Assembly: GCA_951406725.2 (NCBI GenBank)
Contig: OX597820.1
Location: 117,800,001-117,864,000, forward strand
Source: Octopus vulgaris
Lineage: Eukaryota
DNA length: 64,000 bases
Reading direction: 5' to 3'
Numbering within the stretch: the stretch's first letter is position 1; each line of letters opens with the position of its first letter. The notes beneath the pieces were generated by a model that was not told the DNA's origin, searched no databases, and was given only the letters and a program-made list of their open reading frames with translations. Shown here piece by piece: positions 12,519 to 23,309 of the stretch. The position numbers and the translations under genes are program-made.

Positions 12519-13010
12519 TCATCATCATCGTTTAACATCCGTTTCCCATGCTGGAATGGGTTGGACAGTTTGACTGGGGACTGGCAAGCCAGAAGGTTGC
12601 ACCAGGCCCCAATCTGATCTGGCAGTGTTTCTACAGCTGGATGCCCTTCCTAACACCAACCACTCTGAGAGTGTAGGGAGTGCTTTTTATGTGTCGCCAG
12701 CACAGGAGCCAGTTGGGGGAGGGGTGCTGGCATCTACCATGTTTAGATGGTACTTTTTACATGCCAACAGCACGGGATCCAGTCAGATGGCACTGGTATC
12801 GGCCACATTCGGATGGTGCTTTTTATGTGCTACTGGCACAGGAGCCAGTTGAAGAAGGTTGGGGCTGGCATGGGCTATGTTCGGATGGTGCTTTTTACAT
12901 GCCACCAGCATGGGATCCAGTCAGGCAGTCCTGGCATTGACCACGTTTGGATGGTACTTTTTACATGCTACCGGCACAGGACCCTGTGGTGGTGGGGCTG
13001 GCATTGACCA
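12519..13010 (-). mobile_element. RTE-LINE-related 3-prime region (family D) with ~60-bp tandem subrepeats
   Basis: (cat)n tail, gtttctacagctggatgcccttcctaac block, and repeated ggatggtgcttttta..tgccacc.gcac.gga.ccagt units. Confidence 0.75.
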
Positions 13011-13469
13011 AAAATACAAAATCTGTCAAGACACACTGGTACTCTTGTGGAAATGGATGCCACCAGGATTGCCAAGCTCACTGAATGGATGTTAGATCAA
13101 TATTTAATTTTCCTTCTATACTAGACTGGTTAGGTTTAAGAAAACTTAAGACCAAGTAGGACTGGAAATATTTGGTAAAAGTTTTTCTGGTTCTCCAGTG
13201 AAGAAAATACGAGGACGATTATACATTTTTCCATGCATCCATTTTCTCCACCCGATAATCTTGGGAGGGTTTGTCGTGGGTAGAGAGTCTTCAGACACCT
13301 CCTCAATAGGGTCCTATCAGAAACAGCTGCTTGACTCCCAAGCATGACCAACCTAGGCTGTAGGCACTAACCAACCATGTTGTTCTTGGACTGTTATATC
13401 TCCTGCCGATTGGCTTGGTTTGAAGAATTCATTTTGTGATCATAGTAACGGTGCTGTGAACTTTCAAAT

Positions 13470-13690
13470 CGGAGAAGCAATGGCTCAATCTGGAGAGACT
13501 CTCTGACCCTCTGGACTACACACCTTTTTGAGCAATGCTACTCCAGAGATCTTCTGGAAGAACCTCATTTTGGCTGCTTGTATTCCTGATTGTATTCTTG
13601 AGGTCATTACCCAACATTCAAAGCCATAGGTGAGAATGGGCACTAAGACCAAATTGAGGAATGCAAGTTTGGCCCTTTTTTGCCATCCTC
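13470..13690 (-). mobile_element. RTE-clade LINE ORF fragment
   Basis: LVPILTYGFECWVMT...IQAAKMRFFQKISGV is typical of the RTE post-RT region. Confidence 0.7.
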
Positions 13691-14071
13691 TCCACTTCTG
13701 AGGATTGAGTGTTGGAGCTTTATCAACTCCATGTAAACCAAACCTATTCACTTCTCCTCCTCCCACAACCCATCATATAAGCAAGGTTGTTTCTAGTCTT
13801 CTTCAAAATCATGTCTGGCTATGGGGATTTTATTACTTTGCTTGGAATCAGTAGGGGTTGATGACAAAAAGGGCATTCAGCCATAGAAAATCTGCCTCAA
13901 TGAATTCCGTTTGAGTCATGCAAGCGAAGAAGAATGAAGGTAAAAAGATATATATATATATACACACACATCAAACGTAGGGGAAATAGTGACAAGATTG
14001 TTAGAAACCCCTGTATTAGAATCAAATAATTTCACAGGTCTCAGATAATTTTACCAAAGGCAAGTATCCTT

Positions 14072-14421
14072 AGGCGCAGGAGTTCAGTCCCACTGCGTGG
14101 CATCTTGGGCAAGTGTCTTCTGCTATAGCCCCGGGCCGACCAATGCCTTGTGAGTGGATTTGGTAGACGGAAACTAAAAGAAGCCTGTCGTATATATGTA
14201 TATATATATATGTGTGTCTGTGTTTGTCCCCCTAGCATTGCTTGACAACCGATGCTGGTGTGTTTACGTCCCCGTCACTTAGCGGTTCGGCAAAAAGAGA
14301 CCGATAGAATAAGTACTGGGCTTACAAAAAGAATATGTCCCGGGGTCGAGTTGCTCGACTATAGGCGGTGCTTCAGCATGGCCGCAGTCAAATGACTGAA
14401 ACAAGTAAAAGAGTAAAAGAG
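14072..14421 (+). mobile_element. SINE family B (deletion in head)
   Basis: Family B body and tail. Confidence 0.85.
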
Positions 14422-14869
14422 TATCCTCTCCCAGCTGAATTCCCCCAACCTTACATCCAAATATTGAGAGCATGCGTATTCACTCTAGCCTTACTTGCCA
14501 CTCACACTTGCTCTTTTAGCCAGTCTACTGATGGGGGCACCATCTCTCTCTCTCTCTCTCCACTCTCACCTTTCTTTCCTAAGGAAATTTGAATGTGATG
14601 GGGGTTTGGCTGTAGAGAAAAGTGTCTGTCTGCAGTTCGTTCAGTCTTACCCACCCCAGACAAACTCTTGCTCTTGTCAACTAATGGAAGGGAAATGCCA
14701 GCCCATCTTGTCCTAGGAGCAGGACAATCATGTAATATTTATTATTGGTGCAAGATTTTTTTTTTTTTTCTCCATAATCTGTGTTAACAAACCTATTCAG
14801 TTGAGGGGTGGAATCAACTCCAATATATACTTTAAACTTAATTAATAACCCCACCCCCATATATATGTG

Positions 14870-15045
14870 TATGGCACGTAAAAAGCATCCACTACACTCA
14901 TCGAGTGGTTGGCGTTAGGAAGGGCATCCAGCTGTAGAAACACTGCCAGATCAGACTGGAGCCTGGTGCAGCCTCCTGGCTTCCCAGACCCCAGTTGAAC
15001 CGTCCAACCCATGCTAGCATGGAAAGCAGACGCTAAACGATGATG
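14870..15045 (+). mobile_element. Family D (RTE-related) 3-prime end
   Basis: gagtggttggcgttaggaagggcatccagctgtagaaa...cgctaaacgatgatg. Confidence 0.75.
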
Positions 15046-15071
15046 TATGTATGTGTGTGTGTGTGTGTGTG

Positions 15072-15410
15072 TGTGTATATTAAGGGAAACCACTAGGTGG
15101 ATAACCATATGCTAGAAGAAGATCACATATGGACAACTAGTGTTTAGTTTTGCAAATTATATTGAAATTGGAACAATCGTACTGACGAGTTCTGCAGATG
15201 AAGGATTACGTAGGTAAATTATTCAGTAACAGACAAAACCGGTCTACGATTAATTCTTGATTTTTATTTAATTTTCATCTGTCTTGCCCGCTTATGTTCT
15301 GGTGTTTGCTGAATTTTCTCTGGAGAATGTTATTTTCTTTGTAGATAGATCGTATGTGATCTTCTTCTAGCATATGGTTATCCACCTAGTGGTTTCCCTT
15401 AATATACACA
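15072..15410. mobile_element. Fold-back element with ~58-bp inverted arms enclosing a hammerhead motif
   Basis: tgtgtatattaagggaaaccactaggtggataaccatatgctagaagaagatcacata is mirrored at 15353-15410. Confidence 0.75.
15175..15251 (+). ncRNA. Minimal type-I hammerhead ribozyme with G12A substitution
   Basis: Stem I aatcgta/tacgatt; CTGACGA; stem II g(t)tctg/cagac; AAAA in place of GAAA; palindromic ACCGGT then C (GUC triplet). Confidence 0.7.
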
Positions 15411-15506
15411 TGTATTAAAATTTTTTCTGATTTTTCGGATTTTTTATACTCTAGGCTACTGGTTTTAAATTGATATAAATTAAATTAATATTCAATTTAT
15501 CTCCCT

Positions 15507-15558
<52 letters not shown>

Positions 15559-15564
<6 letters not shown>

Positions 15565-15836
15565 ACCGACCAGACCATCAGATGTTGTTACACATCGCTG
15601 GTCACAATGCGTCCGCATTGTTTTTTACCCTTTGAATGACGCCACCCCGCTGGCTAAGCGCGAGCAGGCCAAAAGAAGAAAGGGTGGTGAAAGAGTACAG
15701 CAGGGATCACCCTCCCCCCACTGCCGGAGCCTCGTGGAGCTTTTAGGTGTTTTCGCTCAATAAACACTCACAATGCCTGGCCTGGGAATCGAAACCGCGA
15801 GTTCGCTGCCCTAACCACTGGGCCATTGCGCCTCCA
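15559..15836 (-). mobile_element. SINE family A with alternative 3-prime tail
   Basis: Family A head and body joined to the ccgaccag..catcagatgttgttacacatcgctggtcacaatgcg tail; second copy at 29577-29822. Confidence 0.75.
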
Positions 15837-16039
15837 CACACACACATATATATATATATGGGAGAGGGTACTATATGAAGAATAAATGCCAGGCATTGGA
15901 ACCCATCCTGTGGGCGATTGTTCTGAGTCAGTGCAATTCTGATTTGTGGACATGTGTTGAAACGATGCTGCTACATGTAGGATGGACAAATCTCGTTATC
16001 ATCTGAGCTGCATTCTTTTGGCAGGGGCAGACAGCTAAT

Positions 16040-16399
16040 CTTTTGTGTGGTGGTCATAGCAAAAGAACTGGTCCGCTTGATTCATTTGAATGCTTTCAAG
16101 GTAAGTATTTTCCTCTTTGGCCAAACCCTCATCAACTTTGTCTTATACCGCTTGAAGAGGAAGGTGAGAATAGAGCTGTTGCCTTGTGATGTGTTTAATG
16201 AAAGAAGGGTGAGAGTTGCAAGACCCTTTGTGGTAGGGCTTCCCTTGAATTTTCCAAATTGGGGAACTATTTCAGTTAAAATTCTTTTCTTTTTCTGTTG
16301 GTTTCTTTTCACTCAATATAAACCTCATTTTTATGCTCTTGTGTTGTCTGTAATACCTTAGCCCTTGTGGCTAATTAAAGAAATTCTTATTATTATTAT
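16040..16399 (+). mobile_element. LINE-like 3-prime end with (TTA)n tail abutting the exon-2 acceptor
   Basis: Residual ORF (..GQTLINFVLYRLKRKVRIE..), T-rich UTR, gcccttgtggctaattaaagaaatt followed by (tta)n. Confidence 0.45.
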
Positions 16400-16419
16400 C
16401 CTCATCAATTCTTTTCCAG

Positions 16420-16656
16420 GGCGGCACATTTTATTTCTTTGAACACACCAAATCCAAACTGCTGACTTTTCTCCGGCTGCGTCAGTATTTCTGCTGCATT
16501 CTGTGGTATCTCCTCTTTGGCCGATGTCGTCTTCTCCGTGACACTTCCCAACAGGTCGAACAGGCTGGATTTTCTACTTATTCCTACGAGAAGTTAAATC
16601 ATTCAACCTTTTACACTGTCCAATCTCCGACCATATTTGGTGTTGCCACAAAATAA
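16420..16656 (+). CDS. METTL7A: Exon 2 (last coding exon) of METTL7/TMT1-like methyltransferase
   Basis: Acceptor cttttccag|GGC at 16419/16420, phase 0. Translates GGTFYFFEHTKSKLLTFLRLRQYFCCILWYLLFGRCRLLRDTSQQVEQAGFSTYSYEKLNHSTFYTVQSPTIFGVATK*, matching METTL7 GGAFYFMEH...WHLLFDGCNLTR...FS...PHIYGYAVK. Absent from the ORF track because it has no start codon. Confidence 0.9.
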   Translation, partial: GGTFYFFEHTKSKLLTFLRLRQYFCCILWYLLFGRCRLLRDTSQQVEQAGFSTYSYEKLNHSTFYTVQSPTIFGVATK

Positions 16657-16870
16657 CTTCACTCAAAACTTATTTTTTATTTCTGTTTTCTCAATTTCTT
16701 AAAATTTTTTTTTGAAAAAAGATATGTTCGTGTGTGTATGTGTGTGCATGCATGTATCCTTTGTGTGTATGTGTGTCTGAATGGGTGTGACCCTTGTCCG
16801 TCCAAATTTCTATATTTTGGTATATAAAAAAAAAAATCATGTCATAATACTATTTCTTTCATGTTTTCCA

Positions 16871-17055
16871 AATAAATGTAAACCTGTCTGTTTGTTAGAA
16901 ACTTGCATTTTAGGACCCAAGAACACACACACACATCTCTACATATGCAAACGTGTGTTTATATTCAATGATATGATGTCTAACTACAAGATGTCTAACT
17001 GGAACATTTATCTGAAGAATATTTACTAGTTAGGGACTCTTGGAGTATCAATAAA
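16871..17055 (+). promoter_or_regulatory. Candidate polyadenylation signals (AATAAA at 16871 and 17050)
   Basis: AATAAA hexamers about 215 and 395 nt after the stop codon; weak because the background is AT-rich. Confidence 0.35.
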
Positions 17056-18177
17056 TTCATGGCACTGCGTTCTTTACCCTAACCCATTAATCCACCTTTT
17101 TACATCACTATTGTATATCCTCACCATTCTTTCAACAAGCTAATATATACCATTACCATCACTGTATTGCAATGTCTGTGAACAGTTGTGTATGTGTATA
17201 TTCTTGTGTGTGTGTGTGTGTGTGTTTGCGTGTAGTGATGGATGCAGGAATGGTTGGATGATTAAGCGGTTCTCTTTGTAATTGGGATTTCTCAGGTTTG
17301 TTCCTATGGCATGGCACCTTAGACAAGTGTCTTCTACCATAACCTTCATTTTGACCCAAACCTTATTTCTATGAGGAAACTGTAGAATCCCATCACCCTG
17401 CACTGCCATTCAAAGGGCCAAATGTGTTGTCATGGTGGAGATTAAATTTAGAGTGTATATGTCTGTGGAATATTCAACCATGTAAACTATAATTCTGTTA
17501 GTTGAAGTAGAATACTTATTGGCGGAATTTCATCATCATTTAATGTCCACTGCTCCATGCTTGCATGGGTCAGACACATTTTTTTGGGGCTGATTCTTTA
17601 TAGTTAGATGCTCTTCCTGTCCCCAATCCTCACCCGTTTCCAAGCGAGGGAATATTTTCCCCTGGCCAAACATGGTTTTCACAGAAGACTGTCAATAAAC
17701 AACTTCACTTGGATGATGATGAAGATGATGAGGATGATGCTCATTCACAAGCCCCTTGTTATGTCCAGACATCCATCCATATACGATGGGCTTCTTTCAC
17801 TTTCCATCTACCAAAGCCACTCACAAGGCTTTGGTCGGTCGAGCGCTATAATGGAAGACACTTGTCCAATGTGCCATGCGGTGGGATTGAACCGGAGACC
17901 ACATGGCCAGGAAGCAGACTTGTAGTACATCACATGGAGATAGATTCCAGTCGTGCTTTTGGTCCTCGCTGGGGAAAAGTGGTCTGCATTGTTTTCTGTG
18001 TGGGCTTTTAACATTTTTATCATAAAAGCAATAACTAAACTTACTATTTTATTCATGGTTTATATCCTTTTGTGAATATATTAATCACTCTTAATCAGTG
18101 TATATATTACAGTATTTTTAATAACTTTTTTTTAAAAGCAATTTTATTAAAATTCCAGCAAAACCAACTCAGACATT

Positions 18178-18588
18178 ACTCTTTTTTACTCTTTTACTTG
18201 TTTCAGTCATTTGACTGCGGCCATGCTGGAGCACCGCCTTTAGTCGAGCAAATCGACCCCGGGACTTATTCTTTGTAAGCCCAGTACTTATTCTATCGGT
18301 CTCTTTTTGCCGAACCGCTAAGTGACGGGGACGTAAACACACCAGCATCGGTTGTCAAGCAATGCTAGGGGGACAAACACAGACACACAAATACACACGC
18401 ATACATATATATATACATATATACGACAGGCTTCTTTCAGTTTCCATCTACCAAATCCACTCACAAGGCATTGGTCGGCCCGGGGCTATAGCAGAAGACA
18501 CTTGCCCAAGATGCCACGCAGTGGGACTGAACCCGGAACCATGTGGTTGGTTAGCAAGCTACTTACCACACAGCCACTCCTGCGCCTA
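18178..18588 (-). mobile_element. SINE family B (young, full length)
   Basis: Near-identical to 42945-43325 and 54563-54966. Confidence 0.88.
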
Positions 18589-18914
18589 ATGTGGATTCTA
18601 TTGATATCTCTAGAACAAGACACCCGTTTCTGTCATACTTTAACCTTTCATCACCAGGTACAAAACCACCTGCCCCAATACTACTCTCCAGCTCAATCGA
18701 AGGGTCTTACCTTGATGCTTTCACTGGTGCTGATGCCATGTAAAAAGCACCCAGTGGTTGGCATTAGGAATGGCATCAAGCCATAGAAACCATGACAAAG
18801 CAGACATTGGGGCTTGGCGCTGTCCTCTGGCTTGCCAGCTTCTGTTGAAACAGCCAACCCATACCTGCATGGAAAACACATTAAAAAATAATGATCATAT
18901 CTTTATATATATAT

Positions 18915-19200
18915 CGTCCGAATGTGACAGATGCCAGCGCCGCCTGACTGGCGTCCGTGTCGGTGATGCGTAAAAGCACCAACCGATTGTGGCCGTTTGC
19001 CAGCCTTCTCTGGCCCCTGTGGCGGTGGCACGTAAAAAAACACCCACTACACTCACGGAGTGGTTGGCGTTAGGAAGAGCATCCAGTTGTAGAAACACTG
19101 CCAAATCAGACTGGAGCCTTGGTGCAGCCTCCATGGCTTACCAGACGCTGGTCGAACTGTCCAACCCATGCTAGCATGGAAAACGGACGTTAAATGATGA
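18915..19200 (+). mobile_element. Family D (RTE-related) 3-prime end
   Basis: Same block as 14870-15045 and 30353-30995. Confidence 0.75.
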
Positions 19201-19239
<39 letters not shown>

Positions 19240-19296
19240 GTGAACTGGATTGTTTTTTTGCTAATGCTGTTATGGGGCAATGTTACTGATTGTGAT

Positions 19297-19670
19297 GGAT
19301 GGAAGCACTCCGTCGGTTACGACGACGAGGGTTCCGGTTGATCCGAATCAACGAAACAGCCTGCTCGTGAAATTAACGTGTAAGTGGCTGAGCACTTCAC
19401 AGACACGTGTACCCTTAACGTAGTTCTCGGGGATATTCAGCGTGACACAGAGAGTGACAAGGCTGGCCCTTTGAAATACAGGTACAACAGAAACAGGAAG
19501 TAAGAGTGAGAGAAAGTTGTGGTGAAAGAGTACAGCAGGGATCACCACCATCCCCTGCTGGAGCCTCGTGGAGCTTTAGGTGTTTTCGCTCAATAAACAC
19601 TCACAACGCCCGGTCTGGGAATCGAAACCGCGAGTCCTCTGCCCTAACCACTGGGCCATTGCGCCTCCAC
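19297..19670 (-). mobile_element. SINE family A, full length with TSD
   Basis: actgattgtgat at 19285-19296 and 19669-19680. Confidence 0.88.
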
Positions 19671-19959
19671 TGATTGTGATAACACTCGATTGAAATAATT
19701 ATCCAGAGAAATGAGTGTCATTTGTTTTAGTTTCTGGTTGGTTTATCTTTGTTTCTATCCACCTTTTTGAGGATTGAATCTAGACTGATATGCAACACTG
19801 TCCCTCATAGCATGGTCATCATGATGCTGTGACTAGGAGAGATGATACAGGCAGGAGGAGATTAAAAAAGGCAGCAGATGGAGACTCGACAGAAACCTTA
19901 ATGGCCAAGAAAACCAAAATGTAAATACGCCCATTCTAGTCTCCATCATTTCTACCATT

Positions 19960-20510
19960 CTAACATTCACTTCAGTTTCCTTACGGACATCGGTGGGTCT
20001 TCAGTACTGTATGTTTCCAAACATTGCTTTCCTTTACCATCTTCATGAGGCTCAGCATCTTGAGATCTCTCTTCAGTACTTAGTTCCATGTCTTCTAAAG
20101 TCTTTCTCTTTAAGAAGCTCCATCCGCTTTGAGTGCCATGCACTTCCTTATACAGCATTTCTCTTACATTTGCATCATTTATCAACATCAGTACAGTCTT
20201 TGCATCACTACATCCGACTCTTTTTCCTTTCCATTCATTTTTTCCACACCATTCTTTGAAGTTGGTTAACATTACACACCCAGTGCAACATGCTCATATC
20301 ACTTTTTCCTAACTTTGCAGACCCAGTTCCTCTCCAGTCAAGACATATCTTGCTGCTATGCAGCATCATACTTTGTACCTAAGCATCATAAACTCTGTCC
20401 TTCCCTCCAAGGGAGAAATCCCTTTGTTGCTAGCAAAAGTGTGAGATCCTTGAACTTTTTCCAATCCATTCTTACTCTGGATTCTATGCTTTCTTTTTTC
20501 TACATCATTT
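19960..20510 (-). mobile_element. Degraded RTE LINE ORF fragment
   Basis: ESIESRVRMDWKKFKDLTLLLATKGF parallels the 27.9-28.3 kb RTE fragment; contains stops and frameshifts. Confidence 0.6.
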
Positions 20511-20681
20511 AAAGCAATAACAATCTGACATCGGACATTATGAAGTAACAAAAGGCAGACAATATCCTTGGTGCTACGATTGGTGATGCTCTTCGTCTGG
20601 TAGCCGTCTTTGTTGCTGTTTACCTGTTTCTTTCTGTTTTTCCAGTTCCTAAGGGTCGAGAGTTCTCTAATGGATCTTACT

Positions 20682-21173
<492 letters not shown>

Positions 21174-22467
21174 GATCTCTAACCCTGTACTACGAGTCTA
21201 ATTGGTTTTCTCTCTGCATCTGCTGTGGGATACAACTATAGCTTTGTGGTCTTCAGGGGCCAACGGGACTTACCTGTGCATGCAGACTCCTCCCGACCAC
21301 ATATTGTTTTGTGTTTACCTGTGTTTACCACCTGCCCATGCACTGCCATAAAAGGTGACAATGAACCAAATATCCACATTGCTAATCAATGTGACTGGTT
21401 GCCACCTTCCACTGCCACATAAATTGTGGCACCATCCTGTAGACACAGGTAAATGGTACACTAACGCCACCTGTCATCTCACATCATCTTTGATCTTAAT
21501 GTCACTCACTAAGATTTCTTACCCCACTTGATGGAAACTCCATTGTTGCAACAACTCTCCTCCATCTGTTCCTTTTAGGGCTCATGGGGGGCGATGGGGG
21601 GGGGACACATCTTCATTTTTGGCAAGATATATGTTTTCTTTGCTGCCTCCTTTATGTATTCCAAAGGAGGCATGGTCCCTTGCAACATACCTCTCTCATT
21701 TTCTTTCCTTTTCTGGGAACCATTCTATATTCAGCTCCTCTTTCTGACTAGCAATGCTTGTTACTATGACAAACGTTTTAAGAAATAGTTCTTCTTTCAT
21801 TTGTGTGAATGCTTACTTTGTATATTTGTCCAGTTACATTAATGTTTGGTTTTCTGTTTCTATTTTAAAATTTTGTGCATTTGTTCAACGTGTGGACATT
21901 TTTGAAATCGGTCCCAGCTGTTTTAACTCCTGTTTTTCAATTAATCCAAACCACAAACATATTGTCATCTTTTAAAACTATTTCATCTGCATTTTTAGTT
22001 AGATTTATTCATTCGATCTGCTTCAACCGTCACATACATCATGCCTTGATACTGTATGGACTGAGATCCCTGTTGACAGGACCCGTGTCTTTGCTGTGGT
22101 TTTCCTGTTTCTTTCTTTCTATTTTTCCAGTTCTTAAGGGTTGAGAGTTTTCAAATGTGAATACTTATGATATGCAAATTAGTGACCCTACTTTTTTCTA
22201 CCTTTTTGAGTCTATAAACAGATTGGTTCCTTGTTCCTCAGGGATTGGTCAAATTCATGTTGATGTTTCTTATGAGAATCCAGTAATGTTTGAAAAGCAA
22301 ATAAGATTCTTCATAATTTTTTTCAGTGTACAAAGAAATAGTTAAATTAGTCCAGTTTATATATCTGCAATACAGGTTATGTAATATTATGCGTTTTATA
22401 TTTAAGAGATGAGGAATTATTTACATTATTTACAATTGACGGATATTTGTCTTCATCTTGTTTGTTG

Positions 22468-22517
22468 TTAACACAACATTTCGGCTGATATACCCTCCAG
22501 CCTTCATCAGGTGTCTT
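22468..22517 (-). ncRNA. Minimal hammerhead ribozyme (left arm)
   Basis: gacac-CTGATGA-a-ggctg-gagggtatat-cagcc-GAAA-tgtt-gtgtt on the minus strand. Confidence 0.7.
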
Positions 22518-22631
22518 GGGAAAATTTCGAACCTGGGTTATCATTCCCAAAGTATTTTTCGATGAATAATAATAATAATAATAATAGCGAAACATACCTT
22601 AGGAATGAGAATCCAGGTTCGAAATTTCCCC

Positions 22632-22680
22632 AAGACACCTGATGAAGTCTGGAGGGTATATCAGCTGAAACGTTGTGTTA
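22632..22680 (+). ncRNA. Minimal hammerhead ribozyme (right arm)
   Basis: gacac-CTGATGA-agtctg-gagggtatat-cagct-GAAA-cgtt-gtgtt; palindromic AACGTT stem III, GUU triplet. Confidence 0.7.
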
Positions 22681-23083
22681 ACAACAAACAAGATGAGGAC
22701 AAATATCCGTCAATTGTAAATAATGTAATATTATGCATGTCGCCTGATTGACTGCATATGGCAGGAAACTCTGAGTAGCAGTGAGGTCACCTCTGTTGTT
22801 ACTCACTTTTTCACATTCTTCAGGCAACAAAATAAAATGAATCCAAATGTGTGTGTGTGTGTGTGTGTGTGCACAAGCTCACATTTTCTCTTTGAGTTGG
22901 AATTGAACTTACAATTTTTTTTTCTTTGTTAATCTCTCATTTTCCCTGCTTTTGCTAACATGAAGAGTGATACAGTATGGCTGAGGATCTCACATATATC
23001 ATGTCCTGAGTTGAAAAAGATTTTCATACTTTTGAAAAGTATCTATGCAATGAGTAGATAAAAGCTCCCTCTACGGCGTTCAA

Positions 23084-23309
23084 CTCTTTAGCATTCAGAT
23101 TACTCTGTCAAATGTAATCCTTATTTATCCGTAACCTTTTGAATTAATCCTACAATATCTTGTAGCTTTGAGATTTCAATGTTGTGACTACTTATTTTTA
23201 GAATGATGTTGTAGAGTTGGTGTGAGATGCCAGATCTGGCCGGCTTGAACATAGAACAGACAGACTATTTGGGAATAACCAAAATATAGCTGGTTTCAAT
23301 GCTAAAAGG
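23084..23309. mobile_element. piggyBac-like MITE (diverged)
   Basis: ctctttagcatt...aatgctaaaagg; inverted sibling at 24640-24844. Confidence 0.6.

Larger units (their letters stand above)
6087..16419 (+). other. GT-AG intron (10,333 bp) of the METTL7-like gene
   Basis: GTAAGT donor and TTTTCCAG acceptor join LRP^GG in frame. Confidence 0.85.
22393..22722. mobile_element. Fold-back insertion (~135-bp arms, (AAT)n spacer) with 14-bp TSD and two hammerhead motifs
   Basis: Arms ~22421-22555 and ~22594-22728; atgtaatattatgc at 22379-22392 and 22723-22736. Confidence 0.8.

Noticed and set aside
12690-13010. Regularly spaced ~60-bp repeats resembling a CRISPR array
   Set aside because: Degenerate tandem subrepeats of a LINE-related 3-prime UTR in eukaryotic DNA; no unique spacers and no cas genes.
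18352-18786. Recurrent ORFs such as [32 protein letters not shown]
   Set aside because: Antisense frames of SINE family B, not a protein family.
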